From assembly GCA_035221665.1 (NCBI GenBank), contig CM069144.1, positions 68,138,001 through 68,202,000 on the forward strand: a stretch of 64,000 bases of DNA, written 5' to 3'. This document shows, piece after piece, positions 24,888 through 38,419 of the stretch (positions within the stretch are counted from its first letter, which is position 1; every line of letters begins with the position of its first letter). Source of the DNA: Okamejei kenojei (lineage: Eukaryota). The notes under the pieces were generated by a model, which ran no database searches, was not told where the DNA came from, and saw nothing but the letters and a program-made list of their open reading frames with translations. The position numbers and the translations under genes were made by a program.

Positions 24888-25799
24888 ATGAACCTTATTG
24901 CAGCATCGTGTCGGGAATCAACCCGCAAACAATACCTCACTCAAATCAGAAAGTGGGAGGTTTTCTGTGCCCGGAACAACAAGTCCTCCAACTCGGCAAC
25001 AATACCGGATGTGTTGGAGTTTCTAGCAGGCCTCCATTTTGATGCTGGCCTCAGCTACAGTGCCATCAACAGCGACAGGAGTACGCTGTATTCATACCTG
25101 GATATAGGTATCAGCTCCCACCATCTGGTGTCTAAACTAATGAGGGGAGTATTCAATACCAATCCCTCCACGACCCAGATATACAGTAACGTGGGATGTG
25201 GGGATCGTGCTGACCCTACTGATGAGCTGGGCTCCAATAGATGAGCTACCATTTGAAACAGCTCACCCTTAAGGTGGTGATGCTCATGGCACTGACGACA
25301 GCCCAACGAGTCCAGACGTTACAAAAACTGCGACTGGACAGCATGGGGGCCAACCCTGGTCAAATAAAATTCTTTGTTAAAGAGTTATTAAAACAGCACA
25401 GGCTAGGGGCGCATGGGCTGCAGCTGGAATGTCGGGCGTACCCTGTAGATGCCACACTCTGCATAGTCACCCATCTCCACCACTACATCCGAGTTACTGG
25501 AGTTATCAGGATGAAGGAACAGGGGCTCCTCATCAGCCACAAACCTCCGCATCATCGGGTGACTACACAGACGATTGCCAGGTGGCTCAGGGTGGTGCTG
25601 GGTGCAGCAGGAGTTGCTACTAACATTTTTTAAGTCTCATTCCACCAGGGCTGCAGCGAGAGCCATGGAGGTGCCTATGGACCACATTCTCGCTACCGCG
25701 TGCTGGGCCAGTGGGGAGAAACCCTTTCAACGGTTCTATAACAAGCCTCTGGCCGTTCCTGCGACATTCGCAGAAGCTATCCTGGGTACCGCTCAGTAA
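24888..25799 (+). pseudogene. DIRS tyrosine recombinase
   Basis: STRKQY..W..FC N-terminus; LTLKVVMLMALTTAQR, HSTR, W and RFYNKP supply the catalytic R/H-x-x-R/W/Y set. Split by frameshifts. Confidence 0.92.
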
Positions 25800-27704
25800 A
25801 TGTCTGGCCTGGTTTAGGGGTTGTTGTTTATTTGATTAATAAATTGTGTTGATTTTTCAGCCACTGTCAACTGAACTCCTATTAACAGTCTTACTCCATC
25901 AGAATGGCGGCAGTGTGATAAGCATGGACGTTGTTCAGGGCGTGAAATCACAGAGCTTTGAAATCTTCACGAAGTCACTCACGTGACTCCGAAGTAAAAT
26001 AGTAAGATTAAACGAGAACTTACCAAGTTTGAAGGTTGATCTGTATTTTACGAGGAGTCGCGGTGAGGGATTTCGTGCCCACCGCTCCCACCCTCTATCA
26101 TCAGGTCAAACAGGTAGTTCTATGGTTTTCATCTTACTATTTTTAGTCATGGTTGGTTCTGTGATTCCACACCGCTGCTTTGAAGGATGCTGCGCAGGCG
26201 TGCTGGCGGGTTCTTCACGAAATCCCTCACCGCGACTCCTCGTAAAATACAGATCAACCTTCAAACTTGGTAAGTTCTCGTTTAATCTTACTATTAAAGA
26301 TATATGAAAACAATCATAGAGCTTCCAAATGTACATACTGGCATAGAGCCCTACTTATCTATGGTCAGGCAAGAGTTGTGAGAACATCTACTATCTTCGA
26401 CCATTACACATATCTGTGCAGGTTTGCCAAATGCAGGTAAAAGCCTTTGGAATCCAAAGGTTTTCCACTTAGTCTTCCAAATTTAGCATAGAGCCACCTC
26501 CAAAGTTAAGGTGTTGCTTTCACGTTGACACTCAACTATAACTGAAGATTCTCTTGTGGGGTACTGCATAGGAAAGAACCTGCTTCATAGGCAATTAATT
26601 ACTTTTGAATATTAATCTCAGCTGTTTTGTCTGATAAATGCAGCACCCAATCTTAGATGAATGGCCACTACAATCTCACATTACAGCTGTTATAGAACTT
26701 TCCCATCTTCCTGAAGAGATTACACACACCAACCCTTAGAGCTTGAAATCATAACCTTCCAACCATTAGTTGTACAGTGATTGTTAACATATTAACACCG
26801 TGTTTCACTGTTGCACTCATAATCACACAGTATTACTGAAGTTTGTTAAATGTTTCCTTCCCATTTGAATTTATTTTAAGTCTTAATTTTGACATTCCAC
26901 AGCCTTAAGCTGTTTGTACATTCACAAAGTGAATTTTCTGAAACCATGCACACATTACATGCATATATCACTTATCAGACAATACCTTTGGCTGAAAGTC
27001 ATAACAATGTAGGTCAGTAGAAATAATTATTATTTTCTTTTAAGTCTTTTTGGTGGGATTTCCTCATCACATCACAGAATAGTGACATGACATTCTGGAA
27101 AAGGATTTCACGCAACCATTACACGTCCATTTATATTAAGCACATATCTTTGCAGTATTGACATTGTCAGCTAATGAATTATGTATTAACACATTATTTT
27201 CCAATCAAAATTAATGTAGGTTATATTTAATATATATTCTCACAGGTGTGTAAGGGCATGCGGTTGGCATCGTTTTAAAATTTTAATCATCTTTTGAGTA
27301 TTGTAATGGTGTGACCTACTGCAAAATTGATAGCAGCAAATTTAAGTCGCAGTGATAAAAATACTTATCTAAAAATAATGTGGTTAGTAATAATTGCAGT
27401 TTCTTTTATTTACAGAGTAAAACAGATCACACAAAAAGTGTGTTTCAGAAGCATGCTCCAGAATTAATTAGGAATGGTATTTTCTTTCTGATTTTTAAAA
27501 AAATCTCAATTATAATGCTTTTCCATCAGTACGGTAACTATGGAAATTAGATTAATTGTACCAAAGGATTACTGAATTTCTTTTGAAATTTGTGCCTACT
27601 GCCACTTCCTAATTAAAAATGTAATTTACTGAAATGTCATCATAAACACAGATTAAAGTAAAAGAACAGAATTTGTCGAGAGAACAAAATTTCTTGAATA
27701 TTAC

Positions 27705-27776
27705 CTTATATACTGCTCACCACTTGTCCATATAGTCCTGATGCAGCGGGCTTGCTGCTGATGGAAAACAACCACA
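27705..27776 (-). other. Candidate small host exon (56 or 72 nt)
   Basis: Minus strand GTGACCCTTTTTCCCAG acceptor; donors GTG|GTGAGC (after 27721) and AAG|GTAATA (after 27705). The 72-nt form is open in one frame. Gene not recognised. Confidence 0.3.
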
Positions 27777-28090
27777 CTGGGAAAAAGGGTCACACACAAT
27801 TCATTCCTATTAATTAAACTTTGTTCATACAAATCTGAAGGAAACATCCGTATTTATTGTTGCCTAGCTTTAGGCATTCAGGCCATTAGTTGCAGTACAG
27901 TATGGACACATAGTCATACTATATTTACATTTTCACTAATGTAAGAACATACGACGGAAGTAAAGTATGAGAAAATAAATTATACTGATATAATCTGAAA
28001 GAATAAATTGTGGACATTAATAAGATAGCTGATGGTAAATAATCTGGGTACCCTTTGGACACTAGCGTTCCACTCATTTTATTTGTGCGT

Positions 28091-28353
28091 GGGGGCGCAG
28101 CGGTACAGTTGTTGCCTTACAGCGCTTGCAACGCCGGAGACCCAGCTTCGATCCCGACTACGCGTGCTGGCTGTATGGAGTTTATACTTTCTCTCTGTGA
28201 CCTGCGTGGGTTTTCTCCGAGATCTTCGGTTTCCTCCCACACTCCAAAGACGTACAGGTTTGTTGGCTTGGTAAATGTAAAAATTGTCCCGAGAGTGTGT
28301 ACGTGCGGGGAACGCTGCTCCGCGCCGTATCTCTAAACTAAACTAACTAAACT
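28091..28353 (+). mobile_element. HE1-type V-SINE
   Basis: tRNA-like head, V-domain and (CTAAA)n tail. Confidence 0.9.
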
Positions 28354-28689
28354 TTGTATTTGTTCAGCTAACAAAGGACAAATGCGATTCTTTACAACTT
28401 TGGGTTAATGTCGATCTCACAATTTCTATCCTGACACTGCAGTCCTCATGTGATGTACATTTAAGAATCCTTTAGGATGTTTCATACAAACTGTATCAAC
28501 AGTCCAAATAATGAAAAGAAAATGTCTTTCATGGAGCAGAGCAATGATGAATTAGCAGAGGCTGAGACAGAGACATCGGTAAATGTATTGGCTATTCATT
28601 AAGATAAAGAGAAAGATTGAAATGTGGATAATGAGAGAGAAAACCAAGCTCGGATGGTGGATGTGGATGGGTAAAATAAAATAGAAATG

Positions 28690-29045
28690 TCAAGGATTTC
28701 TCGAATGGATGACAATCTTTGCAAGTACAATGGACAGTCCAGAAGAGTTTACTGCCTACCTGGTGTCAAAGAAGGGATACTTGCAAACAGCTGGAGTGGT
28801 TGTTGTCCTAACTATGGTAAGAACAGAGAAGGGACTGGTGAAGGAGTAAATTTAAAGTCAGCATCTTGAACTTAATAATCAGTGTATAATTTCTTGAGCA
28901 ATGCACAAATTACAATGAGCGCAGGGAGAAAATTAACTCGTGGCGAATTGGATGATTTAGGAAGAGGGATTCCTTGTCATTGGAACCTATGCCATCCATG
29001 GCACAGCAGCACTAGAGTGCAGGATCACCTGAATCAGAATGGGGC
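28690..29045 (+). pseudogene. Old CR1 ORF1 SGNH-esterase relic
   Basis: Translations SRRVYCLPGVK, EGF and DHLNQNG resemble the CR1 ORF1 motifs SRxVCCLPGA and DGLHLNxxG. Confidence 0.55.
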
Positions 29046-29064
29046 GTGCACCCATTGATAGGAT

Positions 29065-29745
29065 CAAGTTCAAGTTGAAGTGCGCATTTATTGTCACATG
29101 CACCAATGATGGTGCAGTGATATTTGAGTTACCATACTAAGTGAAGAGCAACAATACACACAGCCACATAAAATAAAATTTAACATAAACATTTACCACA
29201 GTGGAATCAACATTCCTCACTGTGATGACGGGCAATAAAGTTAAATCATCTTCTTCCTTGTCCACCCGTGGTCAGGGCCTTTGATCCTTCAGCAGTTGCC
29301 GCTGCAGATAAAACCGATGTTCAAGCCCTCGCGTCGGGATGATCGAAGCTCCGGCGTCGGGACGGATCTGAACACTGGCAGGGAGCTCCCGAATCGGCCT
29401 CTTCTTACCAGAGACAAAGTCCACAGGCCCTCCCTCTGGACTTTGTTGGCGATCCTCGGATTGCAGACTCCACAATTGTAAATCCGCGCCGTGCCCGTGG
29501 CTTGAAGCTCCAGGCCGGTCTTCAGGAAAGTCCGCAACACTCCACGTTGTTAGGCCGCAGTGGGGGGGAGATGCGACACGGAGAAAAAACGCATCTCCAT
29601 CGAGGTAAGTGACTGAAAGAAGTTGCACCCGATCCACCCCACATAAAACATACCAAGAAATATTGAAACATACATTTAAGACGTACTTAAAATAATAAAA
29701 ACAGAAAGAAGGGAAAGGTTTTAAACCGGAAAGGTTGTTTATAGA
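29065..29745 (-). mobile_element. Non-autonomous LINE-tailed element with GC-rich interior
   Basis: Left end is a reversed GTGACAATAAA-type tail; 29065-29280 is similar to 60020-60232; no coding motif. Confidence 0.55.
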
Positions 29746-30100
29746 CGTGAATGAGGAAGCTACAGGAAATGAAACAGGCCTAAATACACATGAAATGAGC
29801 AAATAAATTAGGGAAATAAAATATTAAAATATCAGAATGTTAGAGCATATTTAAATTTCAGCAAAATAAATTAACTACAATAGAAGAGGTAGGCAAAAAG
29901 GTGACCCAATGTGTAAAGGATTTGGACCTCTCTCATCACAGAGATTAATCAGATTGCACAAATACAATTAGAGGAACACTAGTGTCCAATGTGCACAATA
30001 ATGCCTACAATTTGATGTGTTTTACAATTAAAGCACCCGAAGACAAAAACCCTTCCGAAACCAGAGTGTTCGTGACTGTAAAAAACAAAGCGTTTCATAT

Positions 30101-30740
30101 TGGTGGCCGATTAGGAAAAGGGGAGATGCAACGAGACCTGGGTGTCATGGTACATCAGTAATTGAAAGGAGGCATTGCAGGTGCAGCAGGCAGTGAAGAA
30201 AGCAAATGGTATGTTAGCATTCATAGCAAAAGGATTTGAGTATAAGAACAGGGAGGTTCTACTGCAGTTGTGCAGGGTCTTGGTGTGACCACACCTGGAG
30301 TATTGCGTACAGTTTTGTTCTCCTAATCTGAGGAAAGTCATTCTTGTCTTAGAGGGAGTACAGAGAAGGTTCTTAAGGAGTTGGACAGGCTAGATGCAGG
30401 AAGATTGTTCCCGATGTTGGGGAAGTCCAGAACAAGGGGTCACAGTTTAAGGATAAGGGGGAAGTCTTTTAGGACCGAGATGAGAAAATCATTTTTCACA
30501 CAGAGAATGGTGAATCTGGAATTCTCTGCCACAGAAGGTAGTTGAGGCCAGCTCATTGGCTATATTTAAGAGGGAGTTAGATGTGGCCCTTGTGGCTAAA
30601 GGGATCAGGGGGTATGGAGAGAAGGCAGGTACAGGATACTGAGTTGGATGATCAGCCATGATCATATTGAATGGTGTTGCAGGCTCGAAGGGCTGAATGG
30701 CCTACTCCTGCACCTATTTTCTATGTTTCTATGTATCTAT
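30101..30740 (+). mobile_element. CR1/HER1 LINE 3' fragment with internal deletion
   Basis: QRDLGV, HLEYCVQF and (TTCTATGT)n tail. A further CR1 piece lies at ~30770-30930. Confidence 0.9.
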
Positions 30741-30932
30741 ATTACTGAACAGGAAATAATTGGTGAGTTCTGAGGGCAACATTTTCACACAGAACTTTAC
30801 AGAGCATGCTACCAGAGGAGGCGGCAGAAGCAGGTGTAATCAGTGTTTAAAATACATTTGGGCAAATACATGGATAGGAAAGGAATAGAGGCTACTGGGT
30901 CAAATGTAGGAAAATGGAATTAAGATGGATAG

Positions 30933-31645
30933 TGTGGCAGCATCCTCTCCCTCTGATGCTGCTCTGATCCCCATCACGGCTGACAGGGGAGACCAATCCC
31001 CAGCAGCATTGGGAATGGCTGGGTCCAATTAGCTGATATTGGTTGGGCCACTGCACCTTGCCAGCCAATCCCTGGAAAACCCAGGCATTTTAGCCAGTGG
31101 AGAGAAGGGGAAAGAAGAAGCTTAAGAGAAAGTGGGATAGAGAAGAAGAATGAAGAAAGAGAGCGTTAGAGAAAGTAGGGAGCCTCCCTGCGACTGTTGC
31201 GGGTTTGAGGAAGACTGAGACAAACCCAATACCATGAGTGCCACTGTGTGATCAAGACTGAGCTGCCGGGGAGAAACCCTAGACACCCATCGCCACACTG
31301 AGGCTAAGACTAAGTGGGGCCTGGGGCAAGCCTGGGACGGCAGCGCCTCTTCCTGCCGATGGACAATGATGGACTGTGCGCACACGCAGAGGTACAGGCT
31401 GAGCCTCCAGGATAAACCTTAGACTGCCAGTGCCTCCTCTCGAGGCAAGGGTGAATGAACTGAATGAAGAAACCTGAGATCACTGCGCTTCCTCCTTTGA
31501 ATACCAAGACTGACCTGCTGGTACAAGCCCGAGATCGCCAGTGCCACCGCATTTGTGCCCTGATGGCAAGGGACAGCGCCCCATGTGGTCCTGGACTTTC
31601 TTGCCACTGTAAATAAAATATATATGTCAGTGCACCATCTCAACA
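30933..31645 (+). mobile_element. Probable solo LTR
   Basis: TG start, CCAAT boxes and a TATA-like segment, GC-rich body, AATAAA near 31612 and a CA end. No clear TSD. Confidence 0.4.
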
Positions 31646-32516
31646 TCTTTAGCTTTGGAATTTAGTCCATCAGTCCATTATTTAGATCAAGCGATGATAA
31701 TATCTGGTCAAGTTGACCTGCTGAAACCTAATCTTCTGTGAGCAGATTATTGAAGAAAAATTGCTGCTTGTTAGCAAGATCAGCCACCCTTGTTATCACC
31801 TTGCTGAGATTGAGAGTGGATCTTACCTGTTTTTTCTCATTGTCAGGCTCATGCCATTGTTATTTCTCTCATGAACTACCCAAGCTAGAGATACAACTGG
31901 CTTTGATTCAATGAATCAATGATACGTTATTGGCACATGTATCTAGGTACTGTGAAATGCTTTGTTTTGCATACAAACCCACTAAAATCATGCAGGAGAC
32001 CTCGACTAGGCAGTTCATAGATGATAGGTGCAGAATTAGGCCACCTGGCCCAACAAGTCGTCTCTGCTATTTAATCATGGCTGATTTAACTCTTCCCCTC
32101 AACCCCATTCTCGTGCCTTCTCCCCATAACCACTGACATCCGTGGGACACACGTTTCTGACGCCAATGTTACAAAAATTCACCAAATAGTCCTATCTTCC
32201 GCCCACCACCTTACATGGCAGCAGGTGGCCCCCTGCTGAAGTTCCCAATCGTTTCCGGCATCTCCCACCCCCCCCCCCCCCCCCCCCACCCTCGCCAGGT
32301 TCCCCGTTCGTTCACGGCACCCTTCACCGGATTGGTCTCTTGCTTGCTGCCTAATTACTTGCAACAATGGGGGAATGCATATGTCCAAATTTAATACCTG
32401 TTTCTGGGAAAAAACATGCTCATTCATAAATTATTTTTCTAAAACATTCAGACCAACTTGAATTCACCTCATAAAATTGCACACCAAATTCTTTTTAACC
32501 CTTTACATATGTTCAG

Positions 32517-33065
32517 TTGTACAGCGCCCTGGTGAGACCCCACCCGGAGTATTGTGTGCAGTTTTGGTATCCTAATTTGAAGAAGGATATTCTTGCTATT
32601 GAGGGAGTCCAGTGTAGGTTCACCAGGTTAATTCCTGGGATGGTGGGGCTGTCATATAATGAAAGAATGGAGCAAAGGATGAGAGGGGATCTTATAGAAT
32701 CATAAAATTATTAAGGGAATGGATATGCAAGATGCAGGAAACATGTTCCTGATTTTGGGGAGTCCAGAATCAGGGGCCACAGTTTAAGAATAGGGGAAGG
32801 CCATTTAGAACAGATGAAGAAAAACGTTTTCACAGACAGTTGGGAATTTGTGGAATTCTCTACTTCAGAAGGCAGTGGAGGCCGATTCACTGGATGCATT
32901 CAAGAGAGAGTTAGATAGAGCTCTTAGCGCTAGCAGAATCAAGGGATATGGGGAGAAGGCAGGAACGGGTTACTGATTGTGGATGATCAGCCATCATCAC
33001 ATTGAATGGCGGTGCTGGCTCAAAGGGCCGAATGGCCTAGTCCTGAACCTATTGTCTATGTATCT
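32517..33065 (+). mobile_element. CR1/HER1 LINE 3' fragment
   Basis: LVRPHPEYCVQFWYP…MRGDLIE plus tail. Confidence 0.9.
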
Positions 33066-35979
33066 GTGTACATCACCTTTGTAAGTATTTCATACCTCAT
33101 TAGCTGCTGTTTGCTAAATATTTCAACATATCAAATGCAAAATTCAAGAGAAGGCAGTTCATGTTTGAACACAATGCAAAATATTTCTTAAAAAGGGAGA
33201 GGCAAGATAATATTGGCTTTTTAGCAGAGTGGCATTGGAGGATATCAAAGATTTTAATAATTCTTACCACCACTCTCCACTCTTCCCCATTTCCTCTTGT
33301 TTTTCCTCTTCCTCTCACCATTTTTATTTTAATTCTCGTTTTCGCCCTCCCACCAATCTGGCTCTATCTGTCACCTTTTCATTCTCTCTTTCTGTCTCTA
33401 CCTATTATCCACCAGTGGCCAACACCCAGCTCCCACCCCTACCTCTCACCCACTTGGCGGCATCATGTCCTCCTCCACCTATTACCCCCTGCCGTGCCCC
33501 GCACTCACATCCTTACATGACTTAAATCCCTTCTGCACTCTCAGTCCGGATTCTGACTATGAACCTAAAACATTAATTATCCTTGTGCCTCCAACGATGC
33601 TGTCAATCCACTGAGCTCCTCTAATAATTTGTGTTTGCTCCAGAATGCAGCATTTTCTACCCGTTAATTCTTATTTATGTTTACTCCTTTCTCAATTTTC
33701 TGTAATTTACCATTCTTGTTCATAATAAAAACTGTTCAACCAGCTGAGTAAGTAATTTACTTTAACCCAATTGAATATGCTTAAATTCACATTGAAAGAC
33801 CATAAATTTAGCAATCATTTAAAATACTGATGTAATTTCAATCAATTAACAAATTACTTTCACAAAATTTTAATACCGTACGGAACTGTCAAACTTGAAC
33901 ATTTTCAAACGTTGCACTAAAATAATTAAGACTGTGAAGAGAATTTTGGTTATATGTCATTCCATATGGAAGCAATTGCCAACATTGAAACTACAAGGGA
34001 TTCAAGGGATATGGGGAAAATATGGGTGGGTGCTGAGAATAAAAGTAGATCATCCAGGATCGTATTGAATAGTGAACAGGATATACGGGACCCAGTTTCC
34101 TTCTTCTGCATCTGTGCTTCTAGTGAAAGGAATCAGCATTAAATTACAAATCATACCTTACGTATGGAGAAAATCTATTGCCTGCTGCTTCAGTCACATG
34201 CCTTATCACTGTGGCAGGAGAGCAACAAATGAACTACATTTTACACCGTGCTATTGTTACTTCTATAAATGAGCATCAGTTCAGAGCAAACTGTCATGGC
34301 AATGGACCTAGAGTAGACGGGAACAGGGACCAAACATAGACCATTGGAACAGCCTGTTGTCTCGTGTGTAAAATGCCACGTGCTAAATTGCTTAATTTAA
34401 GAGAGGGGCCGGATTCTGGCGGGGGGGGACATCAATTCTTATGAAAAATACCTGTAACTAGAAAGATATATTTATTTTGCTAGAACTGATATTTAAGACA
34501 TTTGGAGAAAGACACAGACTCTTTCCCCAAACAAGTCTGTATTTTTATTTCGAAGATAGACACAAAATGTTGGAGTTACTCAGGCAGGCAGCATCTTTAG
34601 AGAGAAGGAATGGGGGTTGTTTCGAGTCGAGACCCTTCTTCAGACATCTCATTCCTTCTACAAATACACTCTTTTGTACGGGTGGGAAGTGCATAAACTG
34701 TAATACAGATGAACCAGATAATGTTTTGCATCCATTATTTGGATGTTGGTGCTAACTAATAAAGAGAAAACATAACAAAAGTTTTGCTCAAAGTGTGTGC
34801 ATTTGAAAACAATATTTGAAAGATGACAGACTAGTCAAAAGGAGATTTTTGCATGGACAAGTTGCATTATGTGCCGTAATCTCTCAAAGAACTTTTATTC
34901 CTCATCCCCATTTCTAATATTTATATACATAATAAACAACGTGGTTATAGAAAATTGAATACCTCTGCCTTTTCTCCTGGATTGTTTGTGGCAGAGTTTG
35001 ATCTTTAATTATTGAATTATCTGTAACAATCTTCAATGGTTGCCATTCTATTTCTGTTGGACATGGTGACAAGCGATAAAAATACAGAAACATATGCAAC
35101 AGAATCAGAAAAGGTCGGAATACAAGTGAAAACTGCAGAATCTCTTTGCCAAGGTCACTTTGATACAAAGTCTGTTTCTTCAAGGTAAAGCGATTCACGT
35201 GTCTCATTCCAGTGTTTCATTGTCATATATTCCAGATAGAACATTGAAATTCTTACGTGCACTCCAGTATCATTCCACTCAAAAATATCTAAACATAACG
35301 ATAACGTAATCATGCACATTTTTTATAACCTGGTTATTTTAGAATATCCTGGTCCTGCATTTCATGGTTAGATGATGAATATTTGGCAGTGCAGAATGCC
35401 TATTCACCTGCGACAGAAATTCTCAAGTCATATTATCTTAACCATCTTAAAACCTATGCCAATTTAGCATTTTCTATAGTTACGAGTTACATTTCATTAT
35501 AAGAGGCTAGGATTATCTGAACGATGGTGGAACAGTGTGCCTCTCACCCCTCTCCCCCAGAAGTATTCTGCACCTAAACAGTGCTTAGCAGTCCAAATAA
35601 ATCTAGGATTCTAGACTTATTATTGGGCTCCTTGAGTAACTAAAGTGATCATCTGTGTCTGAGAAGAAATATAGGAGATGCAGTAGTAACTACTAAATAC
35701 TTTTTAAAATAGGGAGGCACTTGAAAAGATTAAAACCTGATTTTTAACAAATCCAGTGTGCTTTACTTATCTGAATGTGGTTTGAGATATTTATTTTCAG
35801 CGTATCTGGTTAAAAACATCACAAAAATTCAAAGTGAAATGGCCGTGCTCTTACCATGCCATGCTAAAATAATTTGCAGGACTCTACCGTATATTTACAA
35901 TGAAATGGCCTGAACTGAAGAACCACAATCTACAGTATAATTTGTTTAAAAATTGCCAGGTGCTATCAATTTTCATCCA

Positions 35980-36295
35980 GGGCAGCATGGTGGTATAGCG
36001 GTAGAGTTGCTGCCTCACAGCACCAGAGACCCGGGTTCTACACTGATTACGGGTGCTTGGCTGTACGGAGTTTGTGCATTCTCCCCGTCACCTGCGTAGG
36101 TTCTCTATGAGATCTTCGGTTTTCCTCCCACACTCTAAAGACGTACAGGTTTGTAGGTTAATTGGCTTGGTATAAAATGTAAAAATTGTCCCTAGTGTGT
36201 GTAGGGTAGTGTTAATGTGCAGGGACCGCTGGCCGGTGCGGGCTCGGTGGGCCGAAGGGCCTGTTTCCATGCGGTATATCTGAACTAAACTAAAC
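35980..36295 (+). mobile_element. HE1-type V-SINE, full length
   Basis: A box TGGTATAGCGGTAG, B-box-like GGTTCTACAC, V-domain, and a GGCCGAAGGGCCTGTTTCC tail shared with the CR1 3' end. Confidence 0.9.
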
Positions 36296-38419
36296 ATAAT
36301 GTAAATACATACTCTGTTTGTTGCAAAGTTTACACCACAACAGATATGTGCTCAATTCAATGCAAAACACAGTGGCAAATGCTCTGACTATGGAGATAGG
36401 AACATTCAGCATAAACCATCACGAGAATTGAGGATTCTTTATGTCATTCATTCCCCTTCTGATTCTCCTTTCATTCTGCCATCAATATTCACTTCCCTTC
36501 TAATGGCACCTTGCCATGAGACCACAATAGATGTGACCACTCTCTTTCACTTCCTTCCTGCCTTCCTTCCTCCCCCTGGTCCAGGTACACAAACATTCCT
36601 TCCTGTTTTGACACTGATTTATGTGCAATTCTTCCAATTTACAGACTGCAAACAGTGATCTGCACTGGTAGAAAGAGAGATTAGGTCACCATTTTGCACA
36701 CCACCATTTTATCTGCATTAGATGACCCTCACCTTCCAATTGCATGCCTCTTCAATTCTCCATCCCTATCCTAATCCAACCTCTGTTTTTAGCCCCCTAC
36801 AAGGTCCAACAAAAAAAATACTTGTGATTACCACCCTATTATTCCAACAGCCATCTGCAATCTCCCTACATATTTGATCCTCTAATTCACACTGACTACA
36901 GGAGGAGTGCCTTGTACAGCCCCAGCAAAGTGATCACTTCCTTCTTATTGCCTAGTTCTGCCCATATAGTCACACTAGATAATGCTATCAAATGGTACCT
37001 ATAATATCTATAATAACCCACTTAATGACGTAGAACATCTGAAGAAAGGTCTCGACCTGAAACATCACCTATTCCTTCTCTCTCCGGAGATGCTGTCTGA
37101 CCTGCTGAGTTAGTCCAGCTTTTTGTGTCTATCTCCCACTTAATGATGCCCATTTGGGGTTTTGCCAGTATCATTCAGCTCAAGGTGCATTACTGCCTTG
37201 TTCTAAGAATGGATAGCACAATGAATGTAAATATTTTCCGATCATCAATGTTTCCTTGGACCTCCTATTTTTTTTTCAGCTTTATCACTGCAGTTTATGA
37301 TTTGAACATTAAATATTTGCAAACTGTCCTTACTGCAAAAAACATTGAAATTATTAGAAAAACAAAAACTGTAGATGTTGAAAATCTGAAACCAGAAAAA
37401 ACTGGAAATGTGTCTGATGAAGAGTCATTTCCAGTTCTGGCAAAGGGTCTTCAACCTAAAATGTTAATTCTCTTTCACTCTCCTCAGATGTTGTCCGACT
37501 TGCTAAGTGTTTCCAGCACTTTATGTTTTTATTTGCAATGATTAGCCCTTGTTGGAAGTATTACCCTAAGCCTCAAAAAAACCTTCCTGCCCACAAATAG
37601 CTATTTTTATGCATGTTGATTGGCATTCAGAATTAGATTAATTCAGAATTCTATGGGTTTGAAAAAAAAATGATAATTTATCATAACGTTTATGATAATT
37701 CATCTTCTAATTTAATCATCAATGTAAGTCCGAATCTTTATTTCACAAGATGATAAAAAAGCTTTTTTTTTTCTTTCTTCTTGTGTGTAACATATTTTCC
37801 AATGTAGCTGGCTGGTCTCAGAGACTCCCAATGGCACTGACACTTGAAAGGACTGATGTTGAAGAAATTAAGTTTGACTCCAAAATCATATAATGTTTAC
37901 GACAGCTTTTTTTAAGGACCGCACATCCATCGGTGCTTCATTTTTGTCTTCCAACTCTGTATAATGTTCCTTTAATCAGAGCACTGTTGACATCTCACCC
38001 AATCAGCCATTTTAATGCAAAGAATCAAATGGTGAATGAGGAGGGACTTCGCCGATGCAAGACTCTGTCCTCACTCTACACTCAGCGTCTTTCAAGAAGA
38101 GGATCATCATAGTAATTTCAGATTTTTCCCTTAATACTGTGGCATTGTGGCAAATGTGTTCTCTTTCCTGCTGTCTTGTTGACATTAGATAACACAGCAA
38201 AGAAAAGCTTATATTGAGTACATGGCTCAGCACTGCACACCAAGTGGGGATGGTATTTTCTGAACCACTGGGGAAGCACCAGCTTTTATTTTTAAATCCA
38301 GGTTTTATCTAACAGCAGCAGATGGTTCCAAATTGGCAGCAGTAGCCTGAGGTGGAGTTGCTGAGGAGTTCTGGAATCACCTCTCTTAGCCTCTTTTATA
38401 ACCATTTTTGTTCCTGAAT

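Larger units (their letters stand above)
21093..26295 (+). mobile_element. Full-length DIRS1-like tyrosine-recombinase retrotransposon (decayed ORFs)
   Basis: ITRs at 21120-21152 and 26189-26221; ICR 25964-26077 complementary to both ends; ATT trinucleotide at both termini; gag, RT-RH-MT and YR in order. Confidence 0.95.

Noticed and set aside
26029-26336. Opposing ORFs sharing LKVDLYFTRSRGEGFR
   Set aside because: An artefact of the DIRS ICR/right-end inverted repeat.
35138-35184. Possible plus-strand exon CAG|AATCTC…CAAG|GTAAAG
   Set aside because: No polypyrimidine tract and the peptide is unrecognised.
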